A model generated the notes under the pieces. It did no database searches. It had not been told where the DNA came from and worked only from the letters and a program-made list of their open reading frames with translations. A stretch of 64,000 nt of DNA from the NCBI GenBank assembly GCA_963580245.1, contig CAUZJO010000004.1, positions 6,380-70,379 on the forward strand, written 5' to 3'. Below, piece by piece: positions 8,686 to 19,100 of this stretch. The translations under genes were made by a program, and so were the position numbers. The stretch is from Candidatus Sumerlaeia bacterium (GTDB lineage: Bacteria > Sumerlaeota > Sumerlaeia > MVZB01). Position 1 is the stretch's first letter. Each line of letters opens with the position of its first letter.

Positions 8686-10911
8686 ATGGCCCGGGCGAAG
8701 AAATCCACCGGTAACACGACCCCCTCCTCCCCGTCGGACGCCATGCCGCCAGGCGCCCAGGTCTCGCCGGGGGCGGATTTTCCCCTCAGGCTGGAGCTAT
8801 TGTTGAGGGACCCGCCCGGCCCGGCCGGCGTGGACCCATTCGTGGTGCTGAACGATGGGGGGGAGCACGCGCGCGTTTACCTGGGCCGGATCCTGGCCGG
8901 CCAGCGGACCGTGCTGCGCCACGTGGCTGTCAAACTGGCTCCGCGCCGAGGTCAGGCGTCCGGGATCGAAGGCCAAACCCTGAGCAACGCCCAGCGGCTG
9001 AGGCGCTGGGAACGCGAGTGGAAGCATTATCGCGCGATGGCCGAGGTGCCGGCCGGGGTGACGCCGGTCTATTTCATCCAGCCGGGCCAGGCACTGGCCG
9101 GCTCCGAGCCGCGTCCGCTGATCTGGCCGCCGCTCATCTTCTGCGCTCTCACCCGGTCGCTGCTCCAACCACGTTCGCGCCAGGGGGGACGGCTGAGCGT
9201 TTGCCGCGACGATTCCGTCCTGACCCAAAACGGCCTGCCGCCCCACGGAGGATCGTATACGTTCCTCTGGGACGCCGAGGCGGTTGCGGCGGGCGAGGCG
9301 CCCACGTTTTACCAAATCCCGGCCCCCGGAGCCGAGCAGACCGTCGGCCCGGCCGAGCCATTCGACGCCTGCCTGCGCGCGACCGCCGAGCTGCTGGCCA
9401 ATCCGGGCGAGCTGGTCGCTCGCGGCTCGGACGGGGGGCTGGCCCACATCGTCGAGATCGCCCGCGACTTCCCGGCCATCCTGGACGAGGAGGTGCGTAA
9501 GAAGCTGGTCGCGGAGGACCCGGTCAAGGTATTCAGCCCTTGGCACCTGGACGAGACGCCCGTGCTGGTTTTGGAGCTTAACCGCTTCCACTACGATGAA
9601 TTCTGCGACCTGCTTGGGGGAATCGAGGGCAAGACCTTCGCCACGCGTTACGGCGGTCCAAAAGCGGCCGTCGGCCAGCGCTTGCGTTTGGGCGACAGTC
9701 TGAACGGCGAGGGGTCTTCGCCCCGGCTCCTGTTCTCCGCCGACAGCACGGGGTTGGACGCGGTCGAGCGGTTCCGCCTCAAGTGGTCGCTGTTCTCCCA
9801 ACTCTGCGGCGCGACGCTGGTGTATCAGCGCCGTTGCGGCGCCCCACATCTACGCCTCTCGCCCCGCCACGTCATGGTCCAGGTCGAGCCGAGCGGCGAG
9901 GGGCTGCCCTCGTTATGGAACTTCCAGACCCGATTGATCAGCCTGGGGTCGCCGACGCTCGAAGTCGAGGGGATGGACCTGCCCGAGATCTTCGTCCCGC
10001 CGCTGGGCACCGACCCGCTCTATCAGGCCGAATTGGTGCGCAACAGTTCGTTCGGCATTGCCCAGCGCGGCGATTTCCTGCTCACGGGCGTCGAGAAAAG
10101 CAAAGCCGAGGGCCGCTCCGAGGTCGTCGCGCAAATCCATCACGAAGGCATCGGGCTGCGCTGGCTCAGCCCCAAAGACCACATGCTGGTAACGCTGGGC
10201 AAGCATCTGGTCGCCGAAGCCGAGATCGAATTCATGGCCCACTGCGATGAGAGCAAGGATTACTCGGGCCGGATCATCTATCTGAAGAGCCTCCCCCTGG
10301 AGCTGGACAAAGACAAGGTGGCGGCGCTGGAAAAGTTGAAGGGGATTCGAGTGCCCAACGCCCAGTTCCGCCTGCTGCCCACGATGCACGTCCCATGCGA
10401 TCTGTTTAGCCTGGGGATGCTGCTTTACCGCGCGATGATCGTCAACGACGGCCAGGGGATCGGCGAGGTCGCCCTGGCGCTCGACGGGCTGCGTCAGGAC
10501 CTCAATTCACTGGCGGTGGTTGAATGCGTGGAAGGCCAGGAAGCCTCCTTCTGGGAAGCCTTGCTCAGTGGCCACCGCAATCTGGACGCGGCCACGATCT
10601 TTGACCGCCCTCAGATATTCTTCCACGAACATCAGCGCGCCCCGGACCGGCCCAACGCCATCCCCAAGTGCCTGTGGCACGAGGTCATGGCGCTGGGTCT
10701 GAAGCTGGTCACGCTCAACGAGGATTTTAGTTTCTGCGCCAATCACGGTGACTACGATCCGGAGTATCCCTCGGCGCGACTGGAGCCGCTGACCCGGCGC
10801 GTGGCGGAGATGGGCCGCAAGATCGACACCGCCTTGTTCTCATTCACCGCCCGCAACGCCGAGATCCGCCAGGCCCTCGAGCATGTCGCGCCGGAGATGA
10901 CGATCTCGTGA
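8686..10911 (+). CDS. Large uncharacterised protein with degenerate protein-kinase-like catalytic motifs (candidate pseudokinase), translationally coupled to fha
   Basis: Start taken at MARAKK (8686); the ORF is open from 8587 (GTG). Residues ~400-500 align to the kinase catalytic core but with catalytic residues substituted: HLRLSPRHVMV for HRDLKPENILV, NFQ for DFG, and SFGIAQRGDFLLTG for DxWSxGxxxYELLTG. A second similar block at ~520-615 reads GIGLRWLSPKDHMLV ... DLFSLGMLLYRAM. The stop overlaps the fha ATG (TGATG). Confidence 0.55.
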   Translation: MARAKKSTGNTTPSSPSDAMPPGAQVSPGADFPLRLELLLRDPPGPAGVDPFVVLNDGGEHARVYLGRILAGQRTVLRHVAVKLAPRRGQASGIEGQTLSNAQRLRRWEREWKHYRAMAEVPAGVTPVYFIQPGQALAGSEPRPLIWPPLIFCALTRSLLQPRSRQGGRLSVCRDDSVLTQNGLPPHGGSYTFLWDAEAVAAGEAPTFYQIPAPGAEQTVGPAEPFDACLRATAELLANPGELVARGSDGGLAHIVEIARDFPAILDEEVRKKLVAEDPVKVFSPWHLDETPVLVLELNRFHYDEFCDLLGGIEGKTFATRYGGPKAAVGQRLRLGDSLNGEGSSPRLLFSADSTGLDAVERFRLKWSLFSQLCGATLVYQRRCGAPHLRLSPRHVMVQVEPSGEGLPSLWNFQTRLISLGSPTLEVEGMDLPEIFVPPLGTDPLYQAELVRNSSFGIAQRGDFLLTGVEKSKAEGRSEVVAQIHHEGIGLRWLSPKDHMLVTLGKHLVAEAEIEFMAHCDESKDYSGRIIYLKSLPLELDKDKVAALEKLKGIRVPNAQFRLLPTMHVPCDLFSLGMLLYRAMIVNDGQGIGEVALALDGLRQDLNSLAVVECVEGQEASFWEALLSGHRNLDAATIFDRPQIFFHEHQRAPDRPNAIPKCLWHEVMALGLKLVTLNEDFSFCANHGDYDPEYPSARLEPLTRRVAEMGRKIDTALFSFTARNAEIRQALEHVAPEMTIS

Positions 10912-12773
10912 TGGCCGCGAAAAAAGCTACTCCCCTGATCTGTCTGGAGGTCATCGCCGGGCCGCTCGACGGTCTGCGCTACGAGGGCAAGCAGGGCATC
11001 GTCCAGATCGGGCGCTCCGATGGGACCGGCTCCGATAAAAAGCGCAACGACCTTGTCCTCCAGCGCGACTCCTATGCCTCGAGCTTCCATGGGAGGGTCT
11101 CCCACGCCGACGGCCAGTGGACGCTGAAAGACCTCAACAGCACCAACGGCACGTGGGCGGCCGGTCGCAAGCTGGCCAAGGGGGAGCAAACCACGTTGGT
11201 CGCAGGCGAGGTCTTCGTGGTGGGGAACACGGCGATCCGCCTGGGGACCAAGTCCTCGGGTCTGCCGCCGGTCGACCCGACGGCCTCGGCGGGATTATCG
11301 CCGGCCACCCAGACCATGCTCAATCGGGCCAGGAACGTTGCCCGCGAGCAGCTAAGCCCGTGGATCGGTGCCTCGCACGTCTTTCGGGTCATCGCCGGCT
11401 CCGACGCCCCGCCGCTGCCCGAATTCTTCCAGTCCGTCCATCTGGACTCGGCGGCGACGGCCGACATTATCACTGAATTCGATTACTGGCAAGGCGAGCT
11501 GGAATGGATCGGCAGCAACGTGCTGCGCGGCAGGCGCACACCCGAACACATGCTCAAGAACGTCCTGTCGACGCCCCGACTGCAATTGATCCTGACCCTG
11601 GCCGACCGCGTTCGCGAGAGGGCTTCGGCGCCCCACGTCGAGCCGATCCACCTGCTGGCCGGTATGTTTCTGGAACCCGGCAATATCGTGGTCCTGGCGC
11701 TGTCGGCGGCGGGTTACTCGGCCGACCAGCTCGCCGCCGCGGCCAAAAAGATCATCCAGGGCGAGGAGGAGCCGGATGAAGAGGAGGATCGGGCGCCCGA
11801 GCGCGAGGCGACCGTGCAGGTGCAGTTGCCGATGCCCGCCGCGGTCAAGCAGCGCGAGGCGGTCGATCCGGAGACGTGGCTCCTTGCGCGCCAAATGATG
11901 GACCGGCTGCAGTCGGTTCAAAACGAGTATCACATGGCCGAGCCCGAGGCGCGCTTCGAAGCGATCTGCAAGGCCGCGCGAGAGGGCCTGCAGAAGGCCC
12001 CGCCCGCCAAGCGCCTGGCGATCGTCGACGAACTCCATTATCTCTTCCCCGTGCTCGAAGAAGCCCTGGCGCCTCCTCCCTCGATCTTCGCGGAGGCGCC
12101 CAAGGAGGCTCCGGTCGGGCCGGCGGAAACGACCGACAGCCACCCGGAGCCCGATAACATGCCCGACATGGCCGCGGCGAGTGACGAGCTGGAAACGGGC
12201 GTGGACACCGATTATCTGCTCAATCAGATCTTCGGCAGCGAGAAGATCGCCCAGTCGATCAGCGAGATGGACGAGAGGAACAGCTTTCTGCGGCTGATGC
12301 AGCACCTTTATACGTTCGCGTTGGAGATGGAGCAGCTCGCCAAGGGGCTGGTCCAGTCGTTGCAGGGCGGCGCCGGGGGCGAATCGCGCTACTTCCTGCC
12401 CTTCACGGCCCACGATCTGCGCATGATGGTGCAGAAGATACTGGAGGATAAAGACGAGAGGGAGACGGTGGGAAATATCCGCCTCTACCTCTATGATCTG
12501 AGCAACTGGATCGTGGCGCTGGTGGCGGCCCACCAGAAGGCCACCAGCCAGTGGTACGGGGAGCTGTGGGAGCGCATCAGCCCGTTGGCGATCCAGGACG
12601 AGGCCAAAATCTCCTCACTCAACAAAGCCCTGGGCCAGAGCAAGGCGGAGCTGTGGAAGACCTATGAGCAGGTGGCCGTGGACCTCAAACCCGAGATCGT
12701 CGAGGACGAGTTCAACGAACGGATCGGCAAGCTGGTCACCGAGGAGTTCCGCCGCATGAGCTCTCGCGGCTGA
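10911..12773 (+). CDS. fha: FHA domain protein (T6SS Fha/TagH-like) with Clp_N-like repeats
   Basis: N-terminal FHA domain signature: GRSDG...NDLVLQRDSYASSFHGRVSHADGQWTLKDLNSTNGTWAAGRKL. Two Clp-N-like repeats follow (IGASHVFRVIAG; HVEPIHLLAGMFLEPGNIVVLALSAAGYS). The gene sits immediately upstream of tssJ-tssK-tssL-tssM, as fha1 does in P. aeruginosa H1-T6SS. Confidence 0.8.
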   Translation: MAAKKATPLICLEVIAGPLDGLRYEGKQGIVQIGRSDGTGSDKKRNDLVLQRDSYASSFHGRVSHADGQWTLKDLNSTNGTWAAGRKLAKGEQTTLVAGEVFVVGNTAIRLGTKSSGLPPVDPTASAGLSPATQTMLNRARNVAREQLSPWIGASHVFRVIAGSDAPPLPEFFQSVHLDSAATADIITEFDYWQGELEWIGSNVLRGRRTPEHMLKNVLSTPRLQLILTLADRVRERASAPHVEPIHLLAGMFLEPGNIVVLALSAAGYSADQLAAAAKKIIQGEEEPDEEEDRAPEREATVQVQLPMPAAVKQREAVDPETWLLARQMMDRLQSVQNEYHMAEPEARFEAICKAAREGLQKAPPAKRLAIVDELHYLFPVLEEALAPPPSIFAEAPKEAPVGPAETTDSHPEPDNMPDMAAASDELETGVDTDYLLNQIFGSEKIAQSISEMDERNSFLRLMQHLYTFALEMEQLAKGLVQSLQGGAGGESRYFLPFTAHDLRMMVQKILEDKDERETVGNIRLYLYDLSNWIVALVAAHQKATSQWYGELWERISPLAIQDEAKISSLNKALGQSKAELWKTYEQVAVDLKPEIVEDEFNERIGKLVTEEFRRMSSRG

Positions 12774-12965
12774 GGGCGGGCGACATTTCCATGGTTGGCG
12801 TTTTTCGCAACCCGTATATTTTAACGGGGAGAGGGAAATGCGGGCTAAAAAGGGACACTGGCGTTGTTGATCCTGATTACGAATAATGGCGGGCGTTGAA
12901 CAGGCGCGAGTTCCGCCCCCCCCAGGCGCGTGGACTCGGGGGCCAAGACCCACCGGGAGGATGGC

Positions 12966-13499
12966 ATGATGAAGCGGCACGTTTGTCTTTTGTTGGCACT
13001 GGCCTTGACCGCGGCCGGCTGCAAGAGCGTTCCGATCAAGACGCGTGAAATCCTCTTTTATCGGTCCGATGACCTCAATGACGGCCGTCCCTGCGCCGTC
13101 GATATCATCTATCCGAGAGACTACGAGCAGTTTCAGGAGATCACGCGCGAGATCGGCCCCGAGAAATGGTTCAAGAGCGACCTCTATGATCGCGTGTATA
13201 AAGACGATCCCTGGCTGGAGCGCAAGATGACCCGTGCGCGGCTCGATGTGAAGGTGCCCGAGGATGAATACATGGTCATCTTCGCCGAGTTCAGTAATCC
13301 CGACCCCAATCCCCCGCGTGGGCATCGCGCCTACCTGGTCTATGAGGAAGAAATGCAGCCCAAGGCCAAGAAAACCGAATACATCTGGGTCCACGATGGC
13401 AGTCTGGAGCGGCTGCGCAAAAAGCCCAAGCGGATGCGGCGCGACCGGGACCGTGACCGGAGGGGCCGGGATCGGGATAGCGACCGGGACAAGGATTGA
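12966..13499 (+). CDS. tssJ: T6SS outer-membrane lipoprotein TssJ (SciN family) with RD-repeat C-terminal tail
   Basis: Lipobox LLLALALTAAGC. DLNDGRPCAVDIIYPRDYEQF matches the TssJ/SciN core (LNPDxNGRPxPVxVRxYxL). Small size and the position before tssK are consistent. The C-terminal tail is RRDRDRDRRGRDRDSDRDKD. Confidence 0.65.
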   Translation: MMKRHVCLLLALALTAAGCKSVPIKTREILFYRSDDLNDGRPCAVDIIYPRDYEQFQEITREIGPEKWFKSDLYDRVYKDDPWLERKMTRARLDVKVPEDEYMVIFAEFSNPDPNPPRGHRAYLVYEEEMQPKAKKTEYIWVHDGSLERLRKKPKRMRRDRDRDRRGRDRDSDRDKD

Positions 13500-13665
13500 T
13501 CGGCCCAACCCCTGGGCCGTTAACGGAGAATTCTTCGTACTCGTAACTCGTAACTCGTAATCGAACATTCTCGATCATCGAGAGAAGAACGGAACATCGA
13601 TTACGAATTACGAGCACGAGCACGAAGGTGAGCATGAGAGTAGGGGACTTGAGGTAAGGCGGACG

Positions 13666-15033
13666 ATGAGCGAGTTCATGGAGATCAACTGGGGCGAGGG
13701 GATGTTTTTGCGGCCCCACCACTTGCAGCAATTCAGCCGCTATCGGCGGATCGCGTTGCAGCGCGAGATCGCCATGTCGCGGCCCTTCGCTTACGGCGTC
13801 CAGGAGATCAACATCTCGACGGCCGAACTCGAGGGTTTCGTCTTCTCGATCCGCTCGTGCAATATCCGGCTCAAGGACGGCACGCGCATCATGGCGCCGC
13901 ACAACGGCGAGTTCGAGCCGCGTGATTTCAAAAAGGAATTGGACGCGGCCGCCGGCGTGCTCGACGTCTGCGTCGGCGTGCCGCTGCTGATGGAACGCGA
14001 ACCCAACACGCTAACGATGTCCGAGGAGTCCACCCTCTATCACCGCCGCTACAAGGCGATGGTCGTCGAAGTGGTCGACGAGAACACCGGAGCCAACGGC
14101 CAGGCCATCGAGATGCGCAAGTTGAGCCCGCGCATTTTGTTCAAGGGCGAGGACATGGCCGGCTATGAGGTGATGCAAGTCGCCCGCATCGAGCGTTCGG
14201 GGTTCGAGGACAACAAACCGATCCTCTCGCAAAACTTCATCCCATCGATCCTGGTCATGGAAGCCTGGCCGCCGCTGTTCGATTACTGCAAGGACATCTA
14301 CCAGCAACTGATGGCCAAGAACCGCTCGCTGATCAGTCAGATCGCGGGGCGCAAGATCGCGTTCGGTTCGGAGGGGGTCGGCGGCCCCGAGGCGATGCTC
14401 AAGCTCAACATCACCAACCGCTACGCCGCCTTCCTGCGCCAATGGACGAGCATGCCCAACCTGCATCCGTTCGACGTGTTCGTCGAGCTGTGCCGCCTGG
14501 CGGGGGACCTGGCAATCTTTGATGAATCGCGCTCGGTGCCCGATATCCCGCTCTATAACCACGACGACCTGGGCGGCTCGTATCTCGACCTGCTGCGCGT
14601 CCTTGAGCGACTGATCAACAACATCCTGCCGACCACGTTCATCAAGCGGCGCTTCGAGCCCGTCGAGAACCGTCGCGAGGTGGCCCTGGAGGACGAATGG
14701 CTGCTGCCCGAAGTCGAGTTCTACCTGTGCATCGAGAGCGATCAGGACGACGACAAGATCGACCGGGAAGTCTCGTTCCTGAAGATGGGTTCGGTCGAGG
14801 ACCTGCCCACGCTGATCAACCGCCGCCTACCGGGGTTGATGCTGCGCCGGATTCGGCGCACCCCGATCGGCTTGCCCGACCGGCCCAATTACCACTTCTA
14901 CCGTATCTCGCGCGAGGGCCGGTTCTGGGACAGCTTGCTCGAGACCAGAGTGCTCTCGGCCTATGGCCTGGCCGACGAAACGCTCGAACTGGACCTGTAT
15001 ATCTTGCTTAGACCGGAGAAGGAGGGGGAATGA
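13666..15033 (+). CDS. tssK: T6SS baseplate subunit TssK
   Basis: N-terminus INWGEGMFLRPHHLQQFSRY matches the TssK hallmark (WxEGxFLxPQHFQQ). The length (455 aa) and the position between tssJ and tssL also fit. Confidence 0.85.
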   Translation: MSEFMEINWGEGMFLRPHHLQQFSRYRRIALQREIAMSRPFAYGVQEINISTAELEGFVFSIRSCNIRLKDGTRIMAPHNGEFEPRDFKKELDAAAGVLDVCVGVPLLMEREPNTLTMSEESTLYHRRYKAMVVEVVDENTGANGQAIEMRKLSPRILFKGEDMAGYEVMQVARIERSGFEDNKPILSQNFIPSILVMEAWPPLFDYCKDIYQQLMAKNRSLISQIAGRKIAFGSEGVGGPEAMLKLNITNRYAAFLRQWTSMPNLHPFDVFVELCRLAGDLAIFDESRSVPDIPLYNHDDLGGSYLDLLRVLERLINNILPTTFIKRRFEPVENRREVALEDEWLLPEVEFYLCIESDQDDDKIDREVSFLKMGSVEDLPTLINRRLPGLMLRRIRRTPIGLPDRPNYHFYRISREGRFWDSLLETRVLSAYGLADETLELDLYILLRPEKEGE

Positions 15034-15181
15034 CGGGGCAATCGGCCACCGCCGCCCATCCCCGGAACCCCGTCGTGAAACATATCGTGCTCGTAACTCG
15101 TAATCGAAATCCCGGTCATGCTCCAATGCTTGAGACCGTCCCATTACGAATTACGACCACCGACCGGCCAGGGGTGATTCG

Positions 15182-16084
15182 ATGACGCTGAATGAATTGG
15201 CCTCGGACCTGTTCCTGTTTCTGGTCACGTTCCGCCGCCAGGTCCGCAAAGGCCTGATCCCCGACATCTATCAGGTCCGCTCGCAACTGCTCGAGATCTT
15301 CGAGACCCAGCAGCAGCGCGCAAGCGAGGATCCCAAACTCGAAAAGCAATACCAAAAGGGGCGCTATCCGTTGGTGGTGACCGCCGATGAGATACTGATC
15401 AACGCCAACTGGGCCTATTCCAGTCAGTGGGAGGACGAGATCCTCGAGTACGAGTTCTTCAAGACGCGCATCGCCGGCGAGAAGTTCTTCGAGACCATCG
15501 AAGAACTCGGGGACGAAGACGACTCGGTCGCTGAAATCCTCTATCACTGCCTGGCGCTGGGTTTCGTGGGGCGTTACAAGGGGGACGCCGAGGAACTTCG
15601 CCGGCTCAAGCGCCGCCTGTATCGGATGCTCCCCGGACGCGTGGGCGAGGACGATAAACGCATCTCGCCCGACGCCTATTTCGTCGCCGAGGGGGTCAAG
15701 GACATCTACAAACCACTGATGAACCTGACCCGCATCGTGCTCATCTGCGGGACGCTCCTCATCGTCTTGTGGATCGGGTTCTTCTATTACCGCACCTTCG
15801 TCATCCCGAGTAAGATCAAGGAATTCGCCAAGGAGATGCGCCAGGCCGCCGCCCCCGGCGGATACGTCCTGGATGACGATGATGAAAACGAAGAGGAGGA
15901 GGATGAAGACGAGGACGAGGCGGATGATTTCTTCGCGCTCAAGGACGAACAGGATGAGGATGAGGACGAAGAATCCTCGGAAAACGATGACGACGCCGAT
16001 GACGTGAGTTCCGATGAAGACGATGACGGCGAAGACGAGGACGAAGACGAAGACAAGGACGAGTTGGGTGATTTGTTTGGTTAG
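15182..16084 (+). CDS. tssL: T6SS membrane protein TssL (DotU/IcmH family) with hyper-acidic periplasmic tail
   Basis: DotU core LYHCLALGFVGRYKG, a single TM (IVLICGTLLIVLWIGFFYY), then a ~95 aa D/E-rich tail. TAG stop. Confidence 0.75.
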   Translation: MTLNELASDLFLFLVTFRRQVRKGLIPDIYQVRSQLLEIFETQQQRASEDPKLEKQYQKGRYPLVVTADEILINANWAYSSQWEDEILEYEFFKTRIAGEKFFETIEELGDEDDSVAEILYHCLALGFVGRYKGDAEELRRLKRRLYRMLPGRVGEDDKRISPDAYFVAEGVKDIYKPLMNLTRIVLICGTLLIVLWIGFFYYRTFVIPSKIKEFAKEMRQAAAPGGYVLDDDDENEEEEDEDEDEADDFFALKDEQDEDEDEESSENDDDADDVSSDEDDDGEDEDEDEDKDELGDLFG

Positions 16085-16185
16085 AACCTCATCGCCGAAC
16101 GCATCGCCCGTGCTTGGGGCGTGTTGAACAGTTGGGTATGAATGTCGTGAGGCTGAAAATTGGATCGATCGGGGTGTAAACGGAA

Positions 16186-19100
16186 ATGCTCGCGCAATTA
16201 GCGAACCAGCCAATCCTCTATCGCTTTATGGCCGGGGGCTCGATGGCCATCGCCGTGATCGCGGTGATCGGCCGCTTTTTCGGCTGGACGATCGCGGGGC
16301 TGCTGATCGGCGGCTTGTTGATTGCCGCCGCCGTCATGTGGTTTTTCAACAAAGGCATCAAGCTTAAGCGCAAGAAGAAGGCCAGTGCTTTTGACAAGGG
16401 CCTGCAGGCCGACGCCGGCAAGGCCGGCCACGGCAAAGCCGAACAGCGCAAGGCCCAAGGCGAGATCTATCAGCGCTGGAACCAGGCCGTCACCGAACTC
16501 AAGCGCGGCGGCCTGAACCTCTATGATCTGCCCTGGTATTTGCTGATCGGCGAGCCCCAATCGGGCAAAAGCACCACGCTGCGCCACTCCGGCCTGGAGT
16601 TCCCCGTGGGGACCGAAGCCCTTTCGGGTGCCGGCGGCACACGCAATTGCGATTGGTGGTTCACCAACGAGGCCGTCATCCTCGACACCGCCGGTCGCTT
16701 CACCTTCCAGGAAAAAAACGCCCCCGACGCCGATGAATGGAAAAGCTTCCTCAAGTTGCTCAAGAAGAACCGCCCCGCCTGCCCGATCAACGGGGTGGTC
16801 GTGACCATCCCGCTGACCTCGCTGCTGGGCGATTCGCCCGAAGAACGGGAAGACAAGGCACGTAACCTGCGCGAGAAACTGACCGAAATCCAGCGCGAAT
16901 TGGAAGTCCAGTTCCCGGTCTTCATCCTGCTGACCAAGTCCGACCAAATCCTTGGTTTCACCGAGTTCTTTTCGCGGCTGGGTGCGACCGAACAGCGCCA
17001 GTTGCTCGGCTGGTCGATGCACGGCCCGTTCATCCAGGCCTACGACCCCGACAAGTTCAAGGAGGTCTTCGACAGTCTCTATCAACGCATCCACAAGTGG
17101 CGCAACAAGATCATCGGCGAGGACCTGAGCCTGACCGAGGTCGATAAACTCTACGTCTTCCCCGAGGAATTCAAGTCGGTCCGCGATCCCTTGCACGACT
17201 ACCTCAAATCGGTCTTCGTCAAGACGCACTACCTGCCGCCGCTGTTCTTCCGCGGCTTCTATTTCACCAGCGGCATGCAGACGGGCCAGCCGATTGCCAA
17301 GGCCTGCGCGCAACTGCTGCGCAGGGCCGGTGAGGGCGCCGACGAGATCGTCGAGCACCTGCAAAAGATCTTCGAACGTTCGCGCGCCTTCTTCATCCGC
17401 GACTTCTACATCGAAAAACTCTTCCCCGAGCGCAACCTAGTCATCCATTCCGAGAAGAAGATGAAGATGGGGCGCAAGGTGGGGATGCTGGCGGTGTGGG
17501 GCGGCGCGGCCTTGTTGCTGCTGACCATGCTGTTCATCGTCTGGCGCGGCATCATCCTAAGCCGGGGCGTGGGCGGGATCGAGCAGGCGGCCAAAGTCGT
17601 CAAACGCGAGTTCATCTCGGACGTGAGCGCGGCCCGCCGCGACGATCCCGAACCCAAGGAGACCGAGGACGCGGCCGAGGCCGTCAAAACGGCCTCTGAA
17701 TTCCATGACAAGTCCGAAAAGACGGTTGAAAAGATCGGTAGCCTGGCCCCCTATCTGCGCGACATGTATTTCCTGTACTTCTTGCAGAACAGCCTGCGAG
17801 ACCAGGGCCAGGCGCTCTACACCCAACTGGCGGCGACCGAGCCCGGGGCGAGCGCCGATGATGAGGCGATCAATCGACTCTATCGAGACTACGTCCGCCT
17901 GTGGAGCCTCAACCCGATCTGGGAGGCGCACGCGCTCGCTGATGAGGGAAGATTCAAGAAGGCCGGGTCTTTCAAGTACTCATCGATGATGCAGTCGGGC
18001 GTCACGGACAAAACGCAAGAGACGTTCCAGGACAATCTGGAGCGGCTGCGCGATATTCTCGGCGATAAGAAGGAATCACCCAACTTCGAGAAGTATCCGG
18101 TCGCCATCCCAATCGTTCCGGGTCACGTGAACCCCAAACGCAACGACGTGATCCGAAAAGAGATCGAGCACATCAAGGATAGCTTCAACCCCGTCGAGCA
18201 GGACACCGTGAATCGGGTCGTCGGGCGGGCTTCGGGGATACGTGAACTCTACGCTTCGGCCGTCGTCGGCCTGTTCAGCGTCCCATGCGGCTACCCCGAC
18301 CCCGACACCGATCCCTTCACCGACGCGCGCAATTCGATCGGGCGCATCCGCGACGCGATCCGCTCGCTCGATGAAGTCCTGGCAGCCAACGAGGACCTGG
18401 GCGGTGCCATGGTGGTTGATGAGGCCGGGATCAAGGCAAAGTTTTTGGAACTGACCTGGGTCAAGGGCACTCTCAAGAAAAGCGAGGCCAGGGATGATCT
18501 GAGGGACTACATTCTCGAATCCATTCAAGAGGTCAACGAGCGGTTCAGAGACCATGCCCAAAAGGCCAAGCAACCGCTCGAAGCAGTCGGCGACGTCATC
18601 GGCGGCGATCCGCTTGGCCTCAGCGAAGGTCTCGGGATGGCTGGCGACGGCCTGGACATGATCGAGGCGCTCGCCGAGGCCCAGAACACGATGGTGGTCA
18701 ACGTACGCGAGCGTAAACCGAAAAACCCCGACGAAGTCGATCAGACCCTCAAGGAATGGCGCGGGAATGACGCGCGGATCGCTGCGGAGAGCTGGGCCAC
18801 GCAGGCCGCCGGCAGGGTGGACCTGCCCGCCACCTGGCAGCTTCCCACCCTGGGCAACTCGGTGGGGCAGATGGTCCGGCAAAGCGATGAAGCAGTCCAC
18901 GTCGAAGCGTGGCTGGCCTACATGCGCAACGTCCAACCGGGCGTCCTGCTTTCGGGCAGCCAGATTTCCCGGGCCTCGCTCGGTGGCGATCCCCCGCCGG
19001 GGGCCACGGCCGAACGGGTCAAGAGCGCCAACGACGAATTGGCCGACCTGGCCGCGCAACTGAGCCAGTTTCGCGAGGGGATCGAGTGCGACAACAACCG

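Noticed and set aside
8860-9330. N-terminal kinase-like motifs (LGRILAGQRTV / HVAVKL / CRDD ~92 aa downstream) in the large protein preceding fha
   Set aside because: The spacing is intriguing, but the motifs are short and lie in a low-complexity Pro/Gly-rich region. The clearer kinase-like block is the C-terminal one. Not claimed without structure prediction.
15787-16056. Poly-Ser ORF on the minus strand
   Set aside because: It is the antisense reading of the GAG/GAC-rich region encoding the TssL acidic tail.
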